Below, piece after piece: positions 1 to 9,698 of a stretch of 64,000 nt of DNA. Origin of the DNA: an uncultured Staphylococcaceae bacterium (GTDB lineage: Bacteria; Bacillota_I; Bacilli_A; RFN20; CAG-826); NCBI GenBank assembly GCA_964433025.1, contig CAYSPV010000003.1:1194-65193 (forward strand). Reading direction: 5' to 3'. Numbering within the stretch: the first letter of the stretch is position 1; each line of letters begins with the position of its first letter. Position numbers and translations under genes: made by a program. The notes beneath the pieces were generated by a model. The model saw nothing but the letters and a program-made list of their open reading frames with translations, was not told the DNA's origin and searched no databases.

Positions 1-1696
1 GTTCATTTAAGGTTTTTTCCATTGATAGTGATAATCCCTCTTTTGTGGTTATACATACTGGAGAATCTACTAGATTAAGTGATATAGATACTTCATCTAC
101 AATCCCTTTTAAGCCATTAGATAAATTATCTAACATTCTTTTATTTTCAGCGATTAAAATATCTAATTTATCTTTATCTTCTTTAGATAATTCATCTTTA
201 CTTTCACTTGATATAGATTTTAATTCTAATTTGTCATATTCATGTAACATCATTAAAGCAAATTCATCTATTCTTTTATCACATAATAAGACATCTATAC
301 CTTCTTTTTTATATCTTTCTATTTGAGGTAGCATTTTAATTTGTTCAATAGTTTCTCCAGTCGCATAATAGATAAACTTTTGTTTATCTTTTATTTCTTC
401 TTTATATTGTTTTAAAGATATATATTCATCTTGATGATTTAAAGATTTAAAGATTAATAAATCTTCTAATAAATCTTTTTTAGCGCCATAAGTAGAATAA
501 ATACCATATTTTAAATGTTCTCCATATAGTTCATAAAATTTCTTATAAGTATCAAAATCATTATCTTTAACTTCTTTTAATTTATCGATGACTTTCTTTT
601 CAATATTATCTGCAATCTTTTTCATAATAGGAGATTGTTGTAACATCTCTCTAGAGATGTTTAAGTTAAAGTCATCAGAATCTACAAGGCCTTTAATAAA
701 CTTTAAATAGTCAGGCACGAGTTCTTTACATTTATCTTTGATATAAATCCCTTTAGCGTATAACATTAATCCTTTTTCATAGTTTTCGCTATATAAATCA
801 TAAGGAATATGATTAGGAATAAATATTAAAGCTTTATAAGATATTAGACCTTCTACAGAAATTAATTGATTAAGAAGTGGTGCTTCATAATCATTAAATT
901 TATCTTGATAAAAACTATTTAAATCTTCTTCTTTAATTTCTTTTTTATTTTTCTTCCATATAGGAATCATAGAATTAAGAATTTTATCTTCTTTAACTTC
1001 ATGATATTTATTTTCTATTGGTTTATCATTTTCATCTTTGTCTTGTTCTTGTCTAGTGATTTCCATTTTTATTGGATATCTAATATAATCTGAATATTTT
1101 TTAATTAATCTTTCAATAGTGTAACTTTCTAAATAAGTATCATAATCTTCCTCTTTCGTGGACTTTTTTACATATACATTAATAGTGGTTCCATTTTCTT
1201 CTCTAACATCATCTTCAATAGAATAACTATCTTGACCATCACTTATAAATTTATAAGCTTTATTTTCATTTATAGATTTAGTTATCACTTCTATTTTATC
1301 TGCGACCATAAAAGCACTATAAAAGCCCACACCAAATTGACCAATAATATCTAAATCTTTTTTAGATTTAACATTTTTAATTTTTTCTAAAAAGTCTTTA
1401 GATCCACTTCTTGCAATCGTACCTAAATTAGATATGATTTCATCTTTGCTCATACCTATTCCATTATCTGATATAGATAATATTCTATTATCTTTATCAA
1501 TAGATAATCTAATATAATGATCTAAAGTAGGAACTTCTCCTTTAGATGTAAGAGATAGATATCTATATTTATCTATAGCATCACTTGCATTAGATATTAA
1601 TTCTCTTAAAAAGATTTCTTTATTGGAATAAATAGAATTAATCATTAGATTTAATAGTTGTTTTGATTCGGCTTGGAATTGTTTTACTTCTTTCAT
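1..1696 (-). CDS. htpG: Molecular chaperone HtpG (Hsp90), 5' part only because the window edge truncates the C-terminus. Start codon at 1694-1696.
   Basis: The minus-strand translation contains the GHKL ATPase motif DNGIGM and the Hsp90 signature IGQFGVGFYSAFMVADK. A strong SD (GGAGGAG) precedes the ATG. The ORF track misses it because the frame runs off the window. Confidence 0.85.
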   Translation of the reverse strand, partial: MKEVKQFQAESKQLLNLMINSIYSNKEIFLRELISNASDAIDKYRYLSLTSKGEVPTLDHYIRLSIDKDNRILSISDNGIGMSKDEIISNLGTIARSGSKDFLEKIKNVKSKKDLDIIGQFGVGFYSAFMVADKIEVITKSINENKAYKFISDGQDSYSIEDDVREENGTTINVYVKKSTKEEDYDTYLESYTIERLIKKYSDYIRYPIKMEITRQEQDKDENDKPIENKYHEVKEDKILNSMIPIWKKNKKEIKEEDLNSFYQDKFNDYEAPLLNQLISVEGLISYKALIFIPNHIPYDLYSENYEKGLMLYAKGIYIKDKCKELVPDYLKFIKGLVDSDDFNLNISREMLQQSPIMKKIADNIEKKVIDKLKEVKDNDFDTYKKFYELYGEHLKYGIYSTYGAKKDLLEDLLIFKSLNHQDEYISLKQYKEEIKDKQKFIYYATGETIEQIKMLPQIERYKKEGIDVLLCDKRIDEFALMMLHEYDKLELKSISSESKDELSKEDKDKLDILIAENKRMLDNLSNGLKGIVDEVSISLNLVDSPVCITTKEGLSLSMEKTLNE

Positions 1697-1744
1697 AAAT
1701 TTCTCCTCCTTTTTATAAAACCAAAATATATTATAACCCTTAAA

Positions 1745-1771
1745 TTAGCAGTATCAAGTAAAGAGTGCTAA
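1745..1771. promoter_or_regulatory. CIRCE-like inverted repeat (HrcA operator): TTAGCAGTA-N9-GAGTGCTAA. It overlaps the htpG -35 (TTGATA on the minus strand, plus coordinates 1752-1757) and the -10 TATAAT (1730-1735).
   Basis: The right arm is a perfect match to the CIRCE consensus GAGTGCTAA. The left arm matches TTAGCACTC at 7 of 9 positions. The spacer is exactly 9 nt, and the element lies about 50 bp upstream of the htpG start. Confidence 0.6.
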
Positions 1772-1834
1772 AAGTGATACATTTTACTTAATTTTGTCTC
1801 TATTATCTTTTATAAATGTGTTAAAATGTAAGAC

Positions 1835-2320
1835 ATGGAATATAAATCTATTAAAGTAAGTAAAGCCGCCTATCCTAGTTATGTGGATGAAATGGAAATG
1901 TTTGGCTGGAAATTAGAAAAATCAATTGAAGATAAAGATGATAATACTTTAATAACTTTAAATTTTATACGTGATCCTAAAATAAATAATTATGAAGAGC
2001 TTAAACAATTAGAAGATAGTTGGTTTTCTTCATTTGATATTCCTAAATTTTTTCCAATAGTAATATTAATAGTAATTGCGTTTATATGTTATACCGCTTT
2101 ACTTGTTATATGCATGGTTTATAAATATAATTTTAATGATGAACCTTGGTTATTTGCTCTTCTTGGTGGTGGACTTTTATTTACCACTTTAGCGTTTATC
2201 TACTTCGTATTTAGAACAAAAACAATTAAAAGACTATATATTCAAGGTGAAGAAAAAAGAAATCAAATAAGAGAAAAGGTGAAAAGTTTAAAAGATGTTA
2301 AAAAAGAGTCTAACAGTTAA
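1835..2320 (+). CDS. Hypothetical membrane protein: about 70 aa soluble N-terminal domain followed by 2 TM helices.
   Basis: ORF with two hydrophobic helices. No recognisable family. Confidence 0.5.
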   Translation: MEYKSIKVSKAAYPSYVDEMEMFGWKLEKSIEDKDDNTLITLNFIRDPKINNYEELKQLEDSWFSSFDIPKFFPIVILIVIAFICYTALLVICMVYKYNFNDEPWLFALLGGGLLFTTLAFIYFVFRTKTIKRLYIQGEEKRNQIREKVKSLKDVKKESNS

Positions 2321-2756
2321 ATTAAAAGATGCTGAAGAAATAAAAAATGTTTATTATCATTTTGGCTATGAACTAGTAAATGAACTTCCTATAGGAAGTC
2401 ATGTTAAGCTTTCCTTTAGCAAGATGATTAATAATTCCAAATTAAATAAATTAGAAAAACAATACATTAAATTAAATAAGAAATTTCCTATCGCAGGAAC
2501 AATATTTTTAATACTTGGAATTATATTTTTAATTTTAGGATTAACTTTAAATATTGAAGGATTTTTATTTATTAATATTTCATTTTATAGTTTGTGTGGT
2601 TTTATGTTTGCTTTTGCTATATATCTATACATTGGATTTTTAATTATCATGTTAAGGAAAAAGAAATTATTAACTAAATTATTTTTAAAGGCTAATAAGA
2701 TTAATCCAATAACAGTAGCCCAAGTTCCTATTAACACAAACACAGTGGACAATTAA
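2295..2756 (+). CDS. Hypothetical membrane protein, a paralog-like neighbour of the previous ORF (soluble N-terminal domain plus 2 TM helices).
   Basis: Same architecture as the 1835..2320 ORF. The two ORFs overlap by 26 nt. Confidence 0.45.
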   Translation: MLKKSLTVKLKDAEEIKNVYYHFGYELVNELPIGSHVKLSFSKMINNSKLNKLEKQYIKLNKKFPIAGTIFLILGIIFLILGLTLNIEGFLFINISFYSLCGFMFAFAIYLYIGFLIIMLRKKKLLTKLFLKANKINPITVAQVPINTNTVDN

Positions 2757-2826
2757 TTAAAAAAAGAGACATTTTTAGATATTTTTGTGTTTTTATTTAT
2801 AATAAATTATTATAAAATCTTTTCAT

Positions 2827-4230
2827 ATGAGCAATAAAGGTATCTTGCTTCCTATATCTTCTTTAGCAGGCCATCATGGTATTGGTGATATGGGAGTAGA
2901 AGCATTTAAATTTATTAGATGGCTAAATACTAGAGGATTTAACTATTGGCAAATTTTACCTATTAATCCTTTAGGACCAGGATGGTCTCCTTATATGACA
3001 ACTTGTAGTGAGGCTATTGATTTTCGTTATATTGATTTAGATGATTTATATAAGAAAGGTTTATTAGATAAACCTGTAAGAAAATATCATCCAAACAGCA
3101 AAAAAGCTTTATATGTTGAAAGTGGTATTTATAAACAAAAAATCTTAAAAAAAGCTTTTAAAAACTTTAAAAAAGATAATTTAGACAAATTAGAAAAATT
3201 TAAAAAGAAAAATAAATGGGTTATTAAATACGCTTTATTTAATATTTTTTATGAAAAAAATAATAAACTTCCTTGGAATAAATGGCCAAAAGAAGAAATG
3301 TTTTATTTAGAAAATCATAAAGCTTTAGAATATCCCAAACAATATAAAAACCAAGTCTTATATTTAATATTTGAACAATATATTGCCTACTCACAATGGA
3401 ATAAGTTATTGAGGTACGCTCATAGATATAATATTAAAATCATTGGTGATTTACCTTTTTATGTTGGTTATTCTTCTAGTGATTGTTGGGCTAATAAAGA
3501 TGTCTTTAATTTAGATTTTGATACTTATGAACCTAACACTGTCGCAGGTTGTCCACCTGATGGTTTTAGTGAAGATGGACAATTATGGGGTAATCCTACC
3601 TTTAATTTTGAAAAGATGAAAAAAAATAATTATAAGTTCTATGTTAATAGATTAGGGGCAGTAGCAAAGCTATGTGACATAGTAAGATTAGATCATTTTA
3701 GAGCTTTTGATGCTTATTATGCGATACCTAATGGGGCGCCAAATGCAAAGATTGGAGAATGGGTTGAAGGTCCATCTTATGGCTTTTTTGATGCTTATTA
3801 TAAAAAATATCCTAATGCAGATATAATTGCCGAAGATCTAGGCTTTATGACTGATAGTGTCTACGCCTTAAGAGATCATTATAACCTACCTGGAATGATA
3901 ATCTTACAACATGCTTTATTTGATCCTAACACGAAAGATAATGGTCATATGATAGTGTATACTGGCACTCATGATAATTATACGATTAAGTATTGGTATG
4001 ATAATTTAGATGATAACGCAAGAGCTTATATATCTAATATCATAGGAGCAGATCCTAACAAAGATCTATTAAAACAATTTATGGAATATGTATTTAGACG
4101 ACCATCAAAAATAACCATTATTCCTATGCAAGATTATCTATTATTAGGTAATGAAGCTAGGCTGAACGCTCCAGGAACATTTGGAAGTCCTAACTGGGAA
4201 TGGAAATTAAATAAATTACCAAAAAAATAA
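2827..4230 (+). CDS. malQ: 4-alpha-glucanotransferase (amylomaltase, GH77).
   Basis: Carries the GH77 motifs GDLPFYVGYSSSDCWANKDVFNLD, LDHFRAF and WVYTGTHDN-like, and is of the expected length. Confidence 0.85.
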   Translation: MSNKGILLPISSLAGHHGIGDMGVEAFKFIRWLNTRGFNYWQILPINPLGPGWSPYMTTCSEAIDFRYIDLDDLYKKGLLDKPVRKYHPNSKKALYVESGIYKQKILKKAFKNFKKDNLDKLEKFKKKNKWVIKYALFNIFYEKNNKLPWNKWPKEEMFYLENHKALEYPKQYKNQVLYLIFEQYIAYSQWNKLLRYAHRYNIKIIGDLPFYVGYSSSDCWANKDVFNLDFDTYEPNTVAGCPPDGFSEDGQLWGNPTFNFEKMKKNNYKFYVNRLGAVAKLCDIVRLDHFRAFDAYYAIPNGAPNAKIGEWVEGPSYGFFDAYYKKYPNADIIAEDLGFMTDSVYALRDHYNLPGMIILQHALFDPNTKDNGHMIVYTGTHDNYTIKYWYDNLDDNARAYISNIIGADPNKDLLKQFMEYVFRRPSKITIIPMQDYLLLGNEARLNAPGTFGSPNWEWKLNKLPKK

Positions 4231-4248
4231 TAAGGAGGTAAATATATT

Positions 4249-6894
4249 ATGCTAAGTTTAGTTAATATTAAAAAAGACTACATCATGAGCGATGATACAG
4301 TTCATGCTTTAAAAGGAATAAATATTAATTTTAGACGATCTGAATTTGTCGCTATTTTGGGTCATTCTGGGTGTGGTAAAACTACTCTTTTAAATATTAT
4401 CGGTGGCTTAGATAAATATAGTGATGGTGAACTTATTATTGAAGGAAGATCTACAAAATCATATAAAGCTACAGATTGGGATACATATAGAAACCATTCT
4501 ATTGGTTTTGTATTTCAATCTTATAACCTCATAGGTCATATATCTATTTTAGCTAATGTAGAATTAGCTCTTACCATAAGTGGTGTTTCTAAATCAGAAA
4601 GAAAGAAAAGAGCTTTAAAAGTTTTAGAAGAAGTAGGTTTAAAAGGACAAGAAAAGAAAAAACCTAATCAATTAAGTGGTGGTCAATGTCAAAGAGTGGC
4701 CATAGCCCGTGCTTTAATTAATGATCCTGAAATATTACTCGCAGATGAACCAACAGGGGCACTAGATAGCAATACCTCTGTCCAAATCATGGAATTATTA
4801 AAAGAAATCGCTAAAGATAGATTAGTTATTATGGTTACCCATAATCCTGATTTAGCTAAGAGCTATGCGACAAGAATTGTAAAGATGTCTGATGGTTTAA
4901 TTACTAGTGATTCTAAACCATTTGATGGAAAAGAAGAACAAACTCATGTAAAACAAGAAGAAGCTAAAACTAAATATAGAAAAAATAAATCTGCGATGTC
5001 ATTTAAAACCGCATTAGGATTATCATTTACTAATTTATTATCTAAAAAAGGTAGAACAATATTAATCTCTTTTGCAGGCTCTATAGGCATTATCGGAATA
5101 GCGTTAATATTAAGTCTATCTTATGGATTTAATAATTATATTACTTCTGTCCAAACTAACGCTATGTCAACATATCCTTTAACTATATCAAAAACATCAT
5201 CTCCTAATTTAACTACTTTATTAAGTAGTATGTCATCTTCAAGTGGTGAACAATATCCTGATAGTGATGAAGTAGGAGAATCATCTACGATTACTGATTT
5301 AGTTACAGGATTAGGTAATAGTATCACTACAAGTGATACTCAATCTTTTAAAGCATTTTTAGAGCTTGAAGAAACACAAGAAAAATTAGAACCTTATATA
5401 AGTGGTATTCAATATGTTTATAGCCAATCATTAAACATATATGCTTTAAATGATTATGATGGTACTGAATTAGATACTTTAAGAAGATTATATCCTATTG
5501 ATGAAGATGATTCTTTCTTATATAGTGCGAACACCTACCATGGAGTGGATGGCTATACAATTACTGATCCGACAATGCAAGCAGCCTATAATTATGTCTA
5601 TGATGCAGTGTTAGAAGAAATAATGCCTTTACTTAATTTATATAATGGCTCTGCTTTTGGAGAATTATTAGATAATCAACCATTATTAGAAGAACAATTT
5701 GATGTATTAGAGGGAAGATTTCCAGAAGCGGTTAATGAAGTAGTTATTAAAGTAGATACTTATAATAATATAAGTGATTTATATTTATACTCTATGGGTT
5801 TAAAAGATATGTCCTATATTATGTCTGAATTTGTTTATACCTATGGTAGTTCTACTTTAGAGTCTTGGGGTTTTAGTTTACATGAGCCTGAAAGTGCACC
5901 TGCTTTTGAAGCGACATTTGATGATTTAATGAATCTAGAATTTGCTTTAACTATTAATAGTCAATATTATGAAAAGGTGGAAAATCCTAACTATAATGGC
6001 TCAAATTTAGAATATATTTATCAAGAAGTAGATGATGATACATTAATTGAAACAGTTAAAAATACTTTAAATTTAGAAGTAGTAGGTATTGTAAGACAAA
6101 AAGAAAGTGTAACCACGACATCTTTTAGTGGTGCGATTGGCTATAGTGCTGAATTATATGAATATTTAGTTGAACAAGGTGTTAATCCTAGCGATGAACC
6201 TTTCACTGAAAGTGAAGCTTTAAAATATCAAATGGAAAATCCTGATTATGATATTTTTACAGGCGAATTATTTGCAACAGATAATACCTATTCACAAAAC
6301 CTAACAACGTTAGGTTATGTAGATTTATCATCTCCTGACACTATTTATATTTATCCTGTTAGTTTTGAAGCTAAAGATGAAATATTAGCGATCGTAGAAG
6401 AATATAATAACAACAGTTTATATGATCATAAAGTCTATGTAGAAGATAGTGTAGGTACGATGCTTGATGCCGTACAGACTATTGTAGATGGGGTATCGTA
6501 TGTCTTAATTGCCTTTGTTTCTATATCACTAGTAGTGTCTTCTATTATGATAGGCATTATAACGTATGTATCAGTACTTGAAAGAACGAAAGAAATTGGT
6601 ATATTAAGAGCTATAGGAGCGCGTAAAAAAGACATATCTAGGGTGTTTAATGCTGAAACACTGATAATTGGTTTAACAGCAGGCTTACTTGGTATTGCTG
6701 TAGCAGCCTTACTAGACATTCCAATCATGTTAATTATTAACTCATTAGTTAATATTGGTCTAACAGTTATTATTCCTTGGTATGGAGCAGTTATACTTCC
6801 AATTATATCTATATGTCTAACTATGATTGCAGGGTTGATTCCCGCAAGACTTGCCGCTAAAAAGGACCCAGTAATTGCTTTAAGGAGTGAGTAG
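4249..6894 (+). CDS. MacB-like ABC transporter: a fused ATP-binding domain and FtsX-type permease with a large extracytoplasmic insertion of about 450 aa.
   Basis: Walker A GHSGCGKTT, ABC signature LSGGQCQRVAIARAL and Walker B ILLADEPTGALD are present. The C-terminal FtsX-like 4-TM region follows. RBS is AAGGAGGT. Confidence 0.85.
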   Translation: MLSLVNIKKDYIMSDDTVHALKGININFRRSEFVAILGHSGCGKTTLLNIIGGLDKYSDGELIIEGRSTKSYKATDWDTYRNHSIGFVFQSYNLIGHISILANVELALTISGVSKSERKKRALKVLEEVGLKGQEKKKPNQLSGGQCQRVAIARALINDPEILLADEPTGALDSNTSVQIMELLKEIAKDRLVIMVTHNPDLAKSYATRIVKMSDGLITSDSKPFDGKEEQTHVKQEEAKTKYRKNKSAMSFKTALGLSFTNLLSKKGRTILISFAGSIGIIGIALILSLSYGFNNYITSVQTNAMSTYPLTISKTSSPNLTTLLSSMSSSSGEQYPDSDEVGESSTITDLVTGLGNSITTSDTQSFKAFLELEETQEKLEPYISGIQYVYSQSLNIYALNDYDGTELDTLRRLYPIDEDDSFLYSANTYHGVDGYTITDPTMQAAYNYVYDAVLEEIMPLLNLYNGSAFGELLDNQPLLEEQFDVLEGRFPEAVNEVVIKVDTYNNISDLYLYSMGLKDMSYIMSEFVYTYGSSTLESWGFSLHEPESAPAFEATFDDLMNLEFALTINSQYYEKVENPNYNGSNLEYIYQEVDDDTLIETVKNTLNLEVVGIVRQKESVTTTSFSGAIGYSAELYEYLVEQGVNPSDEPFTESEALKYQMENPDYDIFTGELFATDNTYSQNLTTLGYVDLSSPDTIYIYPVSFEAKDEILAIVEEYNNNSLYDHKVYVEDSVGTMLDAVQTIVDGVSYVLIAFVSISLVVSSIMIGIITYVSVLERTKEIGILRAIGARKKDISRVFNAETLIIGLTAGLLGIAVAALLDIPIMLIINSLVNIGLTVIIPWYGAVILPIISICLTMIAGLIPARLAAKKDPVIALRSE

Positions 6895-7178
6895 TGGACA
6901 CTAGTAGTTTTGATTATCATTTATTATCTTTAATCTTCATAATCTTAGCGGTTATATGTTTTATAATTGCCTTGTTTTTAAGAATGTTTAGACTTAGATC
7001 TTTATCAAGATTATTTATTTTATTTGCTTCTGTTGGGTTACTAGTTTATTCTTGTTTATTTTTTATAAGTTTACCTGGAAGTGATTTAGCCTATGCTGAT
7101 GTTGCCCAGATATTTATATTTATATTTGCTTTACTTCTTACTTTATACAATTTCATTGTATTTATTAAAAAAAGATGA
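6894..7178 (+). CDS. Small hydrophobic membrane protein (94 aa). Its GTG start overlaps the ABC-gene stop (TAGTG), and its stop overlaps the rimO ATG (ATGA).
   Basis: AAGGAG lies 9 nt upstream of the GTG. About three predicted TM helices. Translationally coupled on both sides. Confidence 0.4.
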   Translation: MDTSSFDYHLLSLIFIILAVICFIIALFLRMFRLRSLSRLFILFASVGLLVYSCLFFISLPGSDLAYADVAQIFIFIFALLLTLYNFIVFIKKR

Positions 7179-8470
7179 ATACAGTGGGTTTAATATCTTT
7201 AGGTTGTTGTAAAAATTTAGTGGACTCTGAAATGCTTTTAGGCTACTTTTATGATGCTGGATATAAGATAGTTAATAAACCTGAAGAAGCAGATATTATA
7301 ATTATTAATACTTGTGGATTTATTTTAGATAGTAAAAAAGAATCATTAGCGGCAATCTTTGAAATGGCTAATTACCATAAAAAGATCATCGTAAGTGGAT
7401 GTTTAAGCCAAAGATATTATGATGAATTAAAATCATCTTTAAAAGAAGCTGATTTATTAATTAAAATAGATGATTATGATAATTTAAAAGATATCATAAA
7501 AGAAGTGGACGCTTCTTTTAAAAATGATAAAAACAATGGTTTATCATATTATAGTCGTATATTTGATGATAAAGCTTTTTCAGCTTATTTAAAAATTGGT
7601 GAAGGTTGTTCTAATCATTGTAGTTATTGTGCGATTCCTTTAATAAGAGGAGATTTAAAATCTAGATATAAGCAAGATATTATAAAAGAAGCAAAAATAC
7701 TTGCTAATAAGGGTATAAAAGAACTCGTGGTTATCGCACAAGACACTACTAAATATGGTTTAGATATATATGGAAAAGTAGAAATAGAAAATCTATTAAA
7801 AGAATTATTAAAAATAAAAGAATTTTCTTATATTAGATTATTATATTTATATCCTGATGAGATTAGTGATGAATTAATATCTTTATTTAAAAATGAAGAA
7901 AGATTAACTCCTTATTTTGATATACCTATTCAACATAGTGAAGATAAGATATTAAAGTCTATGAATAGAAGAGGCAATAAGAAGTTTTTATATAATCTTT
8001 TTAATAAAATTAAAAAGGAAGTACCTAACGCTATTCTTAGGACCACCCTTATGGTGGGCTTTCCAGGAGAAACAGAAGAAGATTTTAATAATCTATGTCA
8101 GTTTATTAAAGACATAGAGTTTGATCATTTAGGTGTTTTTACTTTTTCAAAAGAAGAAGATACGAAAGCTTATAATATGAAAAATCAAATAAGAAAAGAT
8201 ATTAAATTAAAAAGAAAAGATGAAATATTAAAAATACAAAGACATATTTCCTATTCAAAAAATAAAAAACATATTAATGAAATAATGAAAGGATTAGTAA
8301 TAGGTAAATCTAAGAATTATTATTTATTAAGAAGCTATTATAACGCTCCTGATGATATAGATGGAAATATATACTTTACAAGTGATGAAATATTAAATAA
8401 TGGTGATATAGTAAATGTTAAAATATCATCTGTATCTGTATATGATCTATATGGTATACACATCAAATAA
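7175..8470 (+). CDS. rimO: Ribosomal protein S12 methylthiotransferase RimO (radical SAM MTTase).
   Basis: N-terminal SLGCCKNLVDSE matches RimO. The radical SAM motif CSNHCSYCAIP and a C-terminal TRAM-like region are present. Confidence 0.8.
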   Translation: MNTVGLISLGCCKNLVDSEMLLGYFYDAGYKIVNKPEEADIIIINTCGFILDSKKESLAAIFEMANYHKKIIVSGCLSQRYYDELKSSLKEADLLIKIDDYDNLKDIIKEVDASFKNDKNNGLSYYSRIFDDKAFSAYLKIGEGCSNHCSYCAIPLIRGDLKSRYKQDIIKEAKILANKGIKELVVIAQDTTKYGLDIYGKVEIENLLKELLKIKEFSYIRLLYLYPDEISDELISLFKNEERLTPYFDIPIQHSEDKILKSMNRRGNKKFLYNLFNKIKKEVPNAILRTTLMVGFPGETEEDFNNLCQFIKDIEFDHLGVFTFSKEEDTKAYNMKNQIRKDIKLKRKDEILKIQRHISYSKNKKHINEIMKGLVIGKSKNYYLLRSYYNAPDDIDGNIYFTSDEILNNGDIVNVKISSVSVYDLYGIHIK

Positions 8471-8477
8471 AATCTTG

Positions 8478-8506
8478 TTGCATTAAGTTCTCAATTATAC
8501 TATATT
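8478..8506 (+). promoter_or_regulatory. Candidate sigma70 promoter for tRNA-Thr: TTGCAT-N17-TATATT.
   Basis: -35 TTGCAT at 8478-8483 and -10 TATATT at 8501-8506, with a 17-nt spacer. The tRNA 5' end is about 11 nt downstream. Confidence 0.45.
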
Positions 8507-8516
8507 TATACGAGAT

Positions 8517-8590
8517 GCCCCATTAGTTAAATGGCATAACGGATCCATGGTAAGGATCTATTCGTAGTTCGATTCTGCGATGGGGCACCA
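8517..8590 (+). tRNA. tRNA-Thr (anticodon GGT), 74 nt with an encoded CCA.
   Basis: Manual cloverleaf: acceptor GCCCCAT/ATGGGGC; D stem GTTA/TAAC; anticodon stem GATCC/GGATC with loop ATGGTAA; T arm CGTAG-TTCGATT-CTGCG; discriminator A plus CCA. Confidence 0.85.
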
Positions 8591-8597
8591 TAAATAA

Positions 8598-8619
8598 GGT
8601 CTTGTAAAAGACTTTTTTT
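8598..8619 (+). terminator. Rho-independent terminator after the tRNA (stem GTCTT / AAGAC, then T7).
   Basis: Hairpin GTCTTgtaaAAGAC followed by TTTTTTT. Confidence 0.55.
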
Positions 8620-8678
8620 GTTGTGTTATGAAGTTCGTTATGTTTCAAAAATAGTGCACCCACATAATAAGACCTTAT

Positions 8679-9653
8679 TTGTTTATAACTTCATGTTATA
8701 ATCAAAACATGAAAAGTAGTGCCACTAAAAGATTTAAAAGTAATCCGTATATTCCTAAATTCATCCTTAAAAATTTTTGTTTTGAAGGTAATAAGATTAA
8801 TTGTTATTCAAAAAAAGAAAATAAAGTCACTATTAAAGATATTGATGAAGCATTTAAAGATTATTTTTTAGAGGCGTTTGATGGATATGATTGGCCTTTG
8901 CTACTTAGTTTAGGGGACGGTATAAAAAAGTATGAAAAAGAGATGTATTCTTTATTTAAAAATAAAATATTAAATAAAAAGAAAAGAATAGTTTTAACAA
9001 AAGCAGAAATTGATAGTATAAAATATTTTTTCGCTTTAATATCGTTTAGAACAAAACTTAATGTAGGTGATTTTTTAGCTTTTTCTAAAGAATCAAAGTC
9101 ATGGTTTACGTGGTGGAGAGATAATGATTACGATGACTATACAGGAGGTTTTTGGCTAAGACATTTAAGTCGAATTTATCAGTGTAGATCGTTAAAAGAA
9201 ATGCTTAATAACGATAAAATTGCTGAACCTTTTAAAGTATATTTCAAATTAAAAACAGAAGGTTTGTTTGGAACTTATCTTTCTTTTATGACGAAATCTT
9301 TTCCAGAAAGTTGTTTTGAATTTTATATAGGTGAAAATTATCCAACTTTTATACCAAGTAAACTAAACCCAGATTTTGTAATATTGGGTATTATTCCTAT
9401 AAGTCCAGAACTTCTTATACTTTTAATTTCAAAAGGCGATGAAAAGAGTCGTGTTTTTGAAGAAGACATTATAAAAGATGCAAAAGATCTATTTATGGAA
9501 CCTACTTATGATGATGACAATGACACTTATATTCACATAATTAAAAATATAAAACATGCATATAATGATTTAATGGCTGAGATTGATATACGCAACGATT
9601 TTAATTATTTTAAAAATCGATATGAGCACATACTTTGGACAGTAAATGAATAA
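8679..9653 (+). CDS. DUF4238-like protein (a defense-island-associated family). The more likely start is the ATG at 8709 (MKSSATKRF...).
   Basis: The N-terminal motif NPYIPKFILKNF resembles the DUF4238 HxVPqFyLrnF signature. The track uses a TTG at 8679. An extended -10 TGTTATAAT (8693-8701) lies 7 nt upstream of ATG 8709, consistent with a leaderless mRNA. Confidence 0.55.
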   Translation: MFITSCYNQNMKSSATKRFKSNPYIPKFILKNFCFEGNKINCYSKKENKVTIKDIDEAFKDYFLEAFDGYDWPLLLSLGDGIKKYEKEMYSLFKNKILNKKKRIVLTKAEIDSIKYFFALISFRTKLNVGDFLAFSKESKSWFTWWRDNDYDDYTGGFWLRHLSRIYQCRSLKEMLNNDKIAEPFKVYFKLKTEGLFGTYLSFMTKSFPESCFEFYIGENYPTFIPSKLNPDFVILGIIPISPELLILLISKGDEKSRVFEEDIIKDAKDLFMEPTYDDDNDTYIHIIKNIKHAYNDLMAEIDIRNDFNYFKNRYEHILWTVNE

Positions 9654-9679
9654 TTATTTCAAATTAATAAATGGTGTTT

Positions 9680-9697
9680 AAAGTCTTATAAGACTTT
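9680..9697. terminator. Perfect 18-bp palindrome AAAGTCTTATAAGACTTT between the convergent DUF4238 and dinJ-like genes (bidirectional terminator).
   Basis: Perfect hairpin flanked by A/T runs, sitting exactly between two convergent stop codons. Confidence 0.55.
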
Positions 9698-9698
9698 C

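Noticed and set aside
45-326. 93-aa + strand ORF from the six-frame track.
   Set aside because: It lies antisense inside the clearly recognisable htpG coding region (Hsp90 motifs on the minus strand). Low-complexity translation; spurious.
5136-5327. Short minus-strand ORFs inside annotated genes. Examples: 5136-5327, 6435-6920, 13841-14128, 15249-15551, 16332-16535, 17713-17952, 21567-21950, 25499-25792, 27301-27567, 33477-33773, 37105-37314, 45425-45655, 49620-49937, 53588-53984, 57593-57865, 59234-59551, 63308-63493.
   Set aside because: All are embedded antisense (or out of frame) within long, well-supported genes in an AT-rich genome where stop-free antisense frames are common. No RBS or homology.
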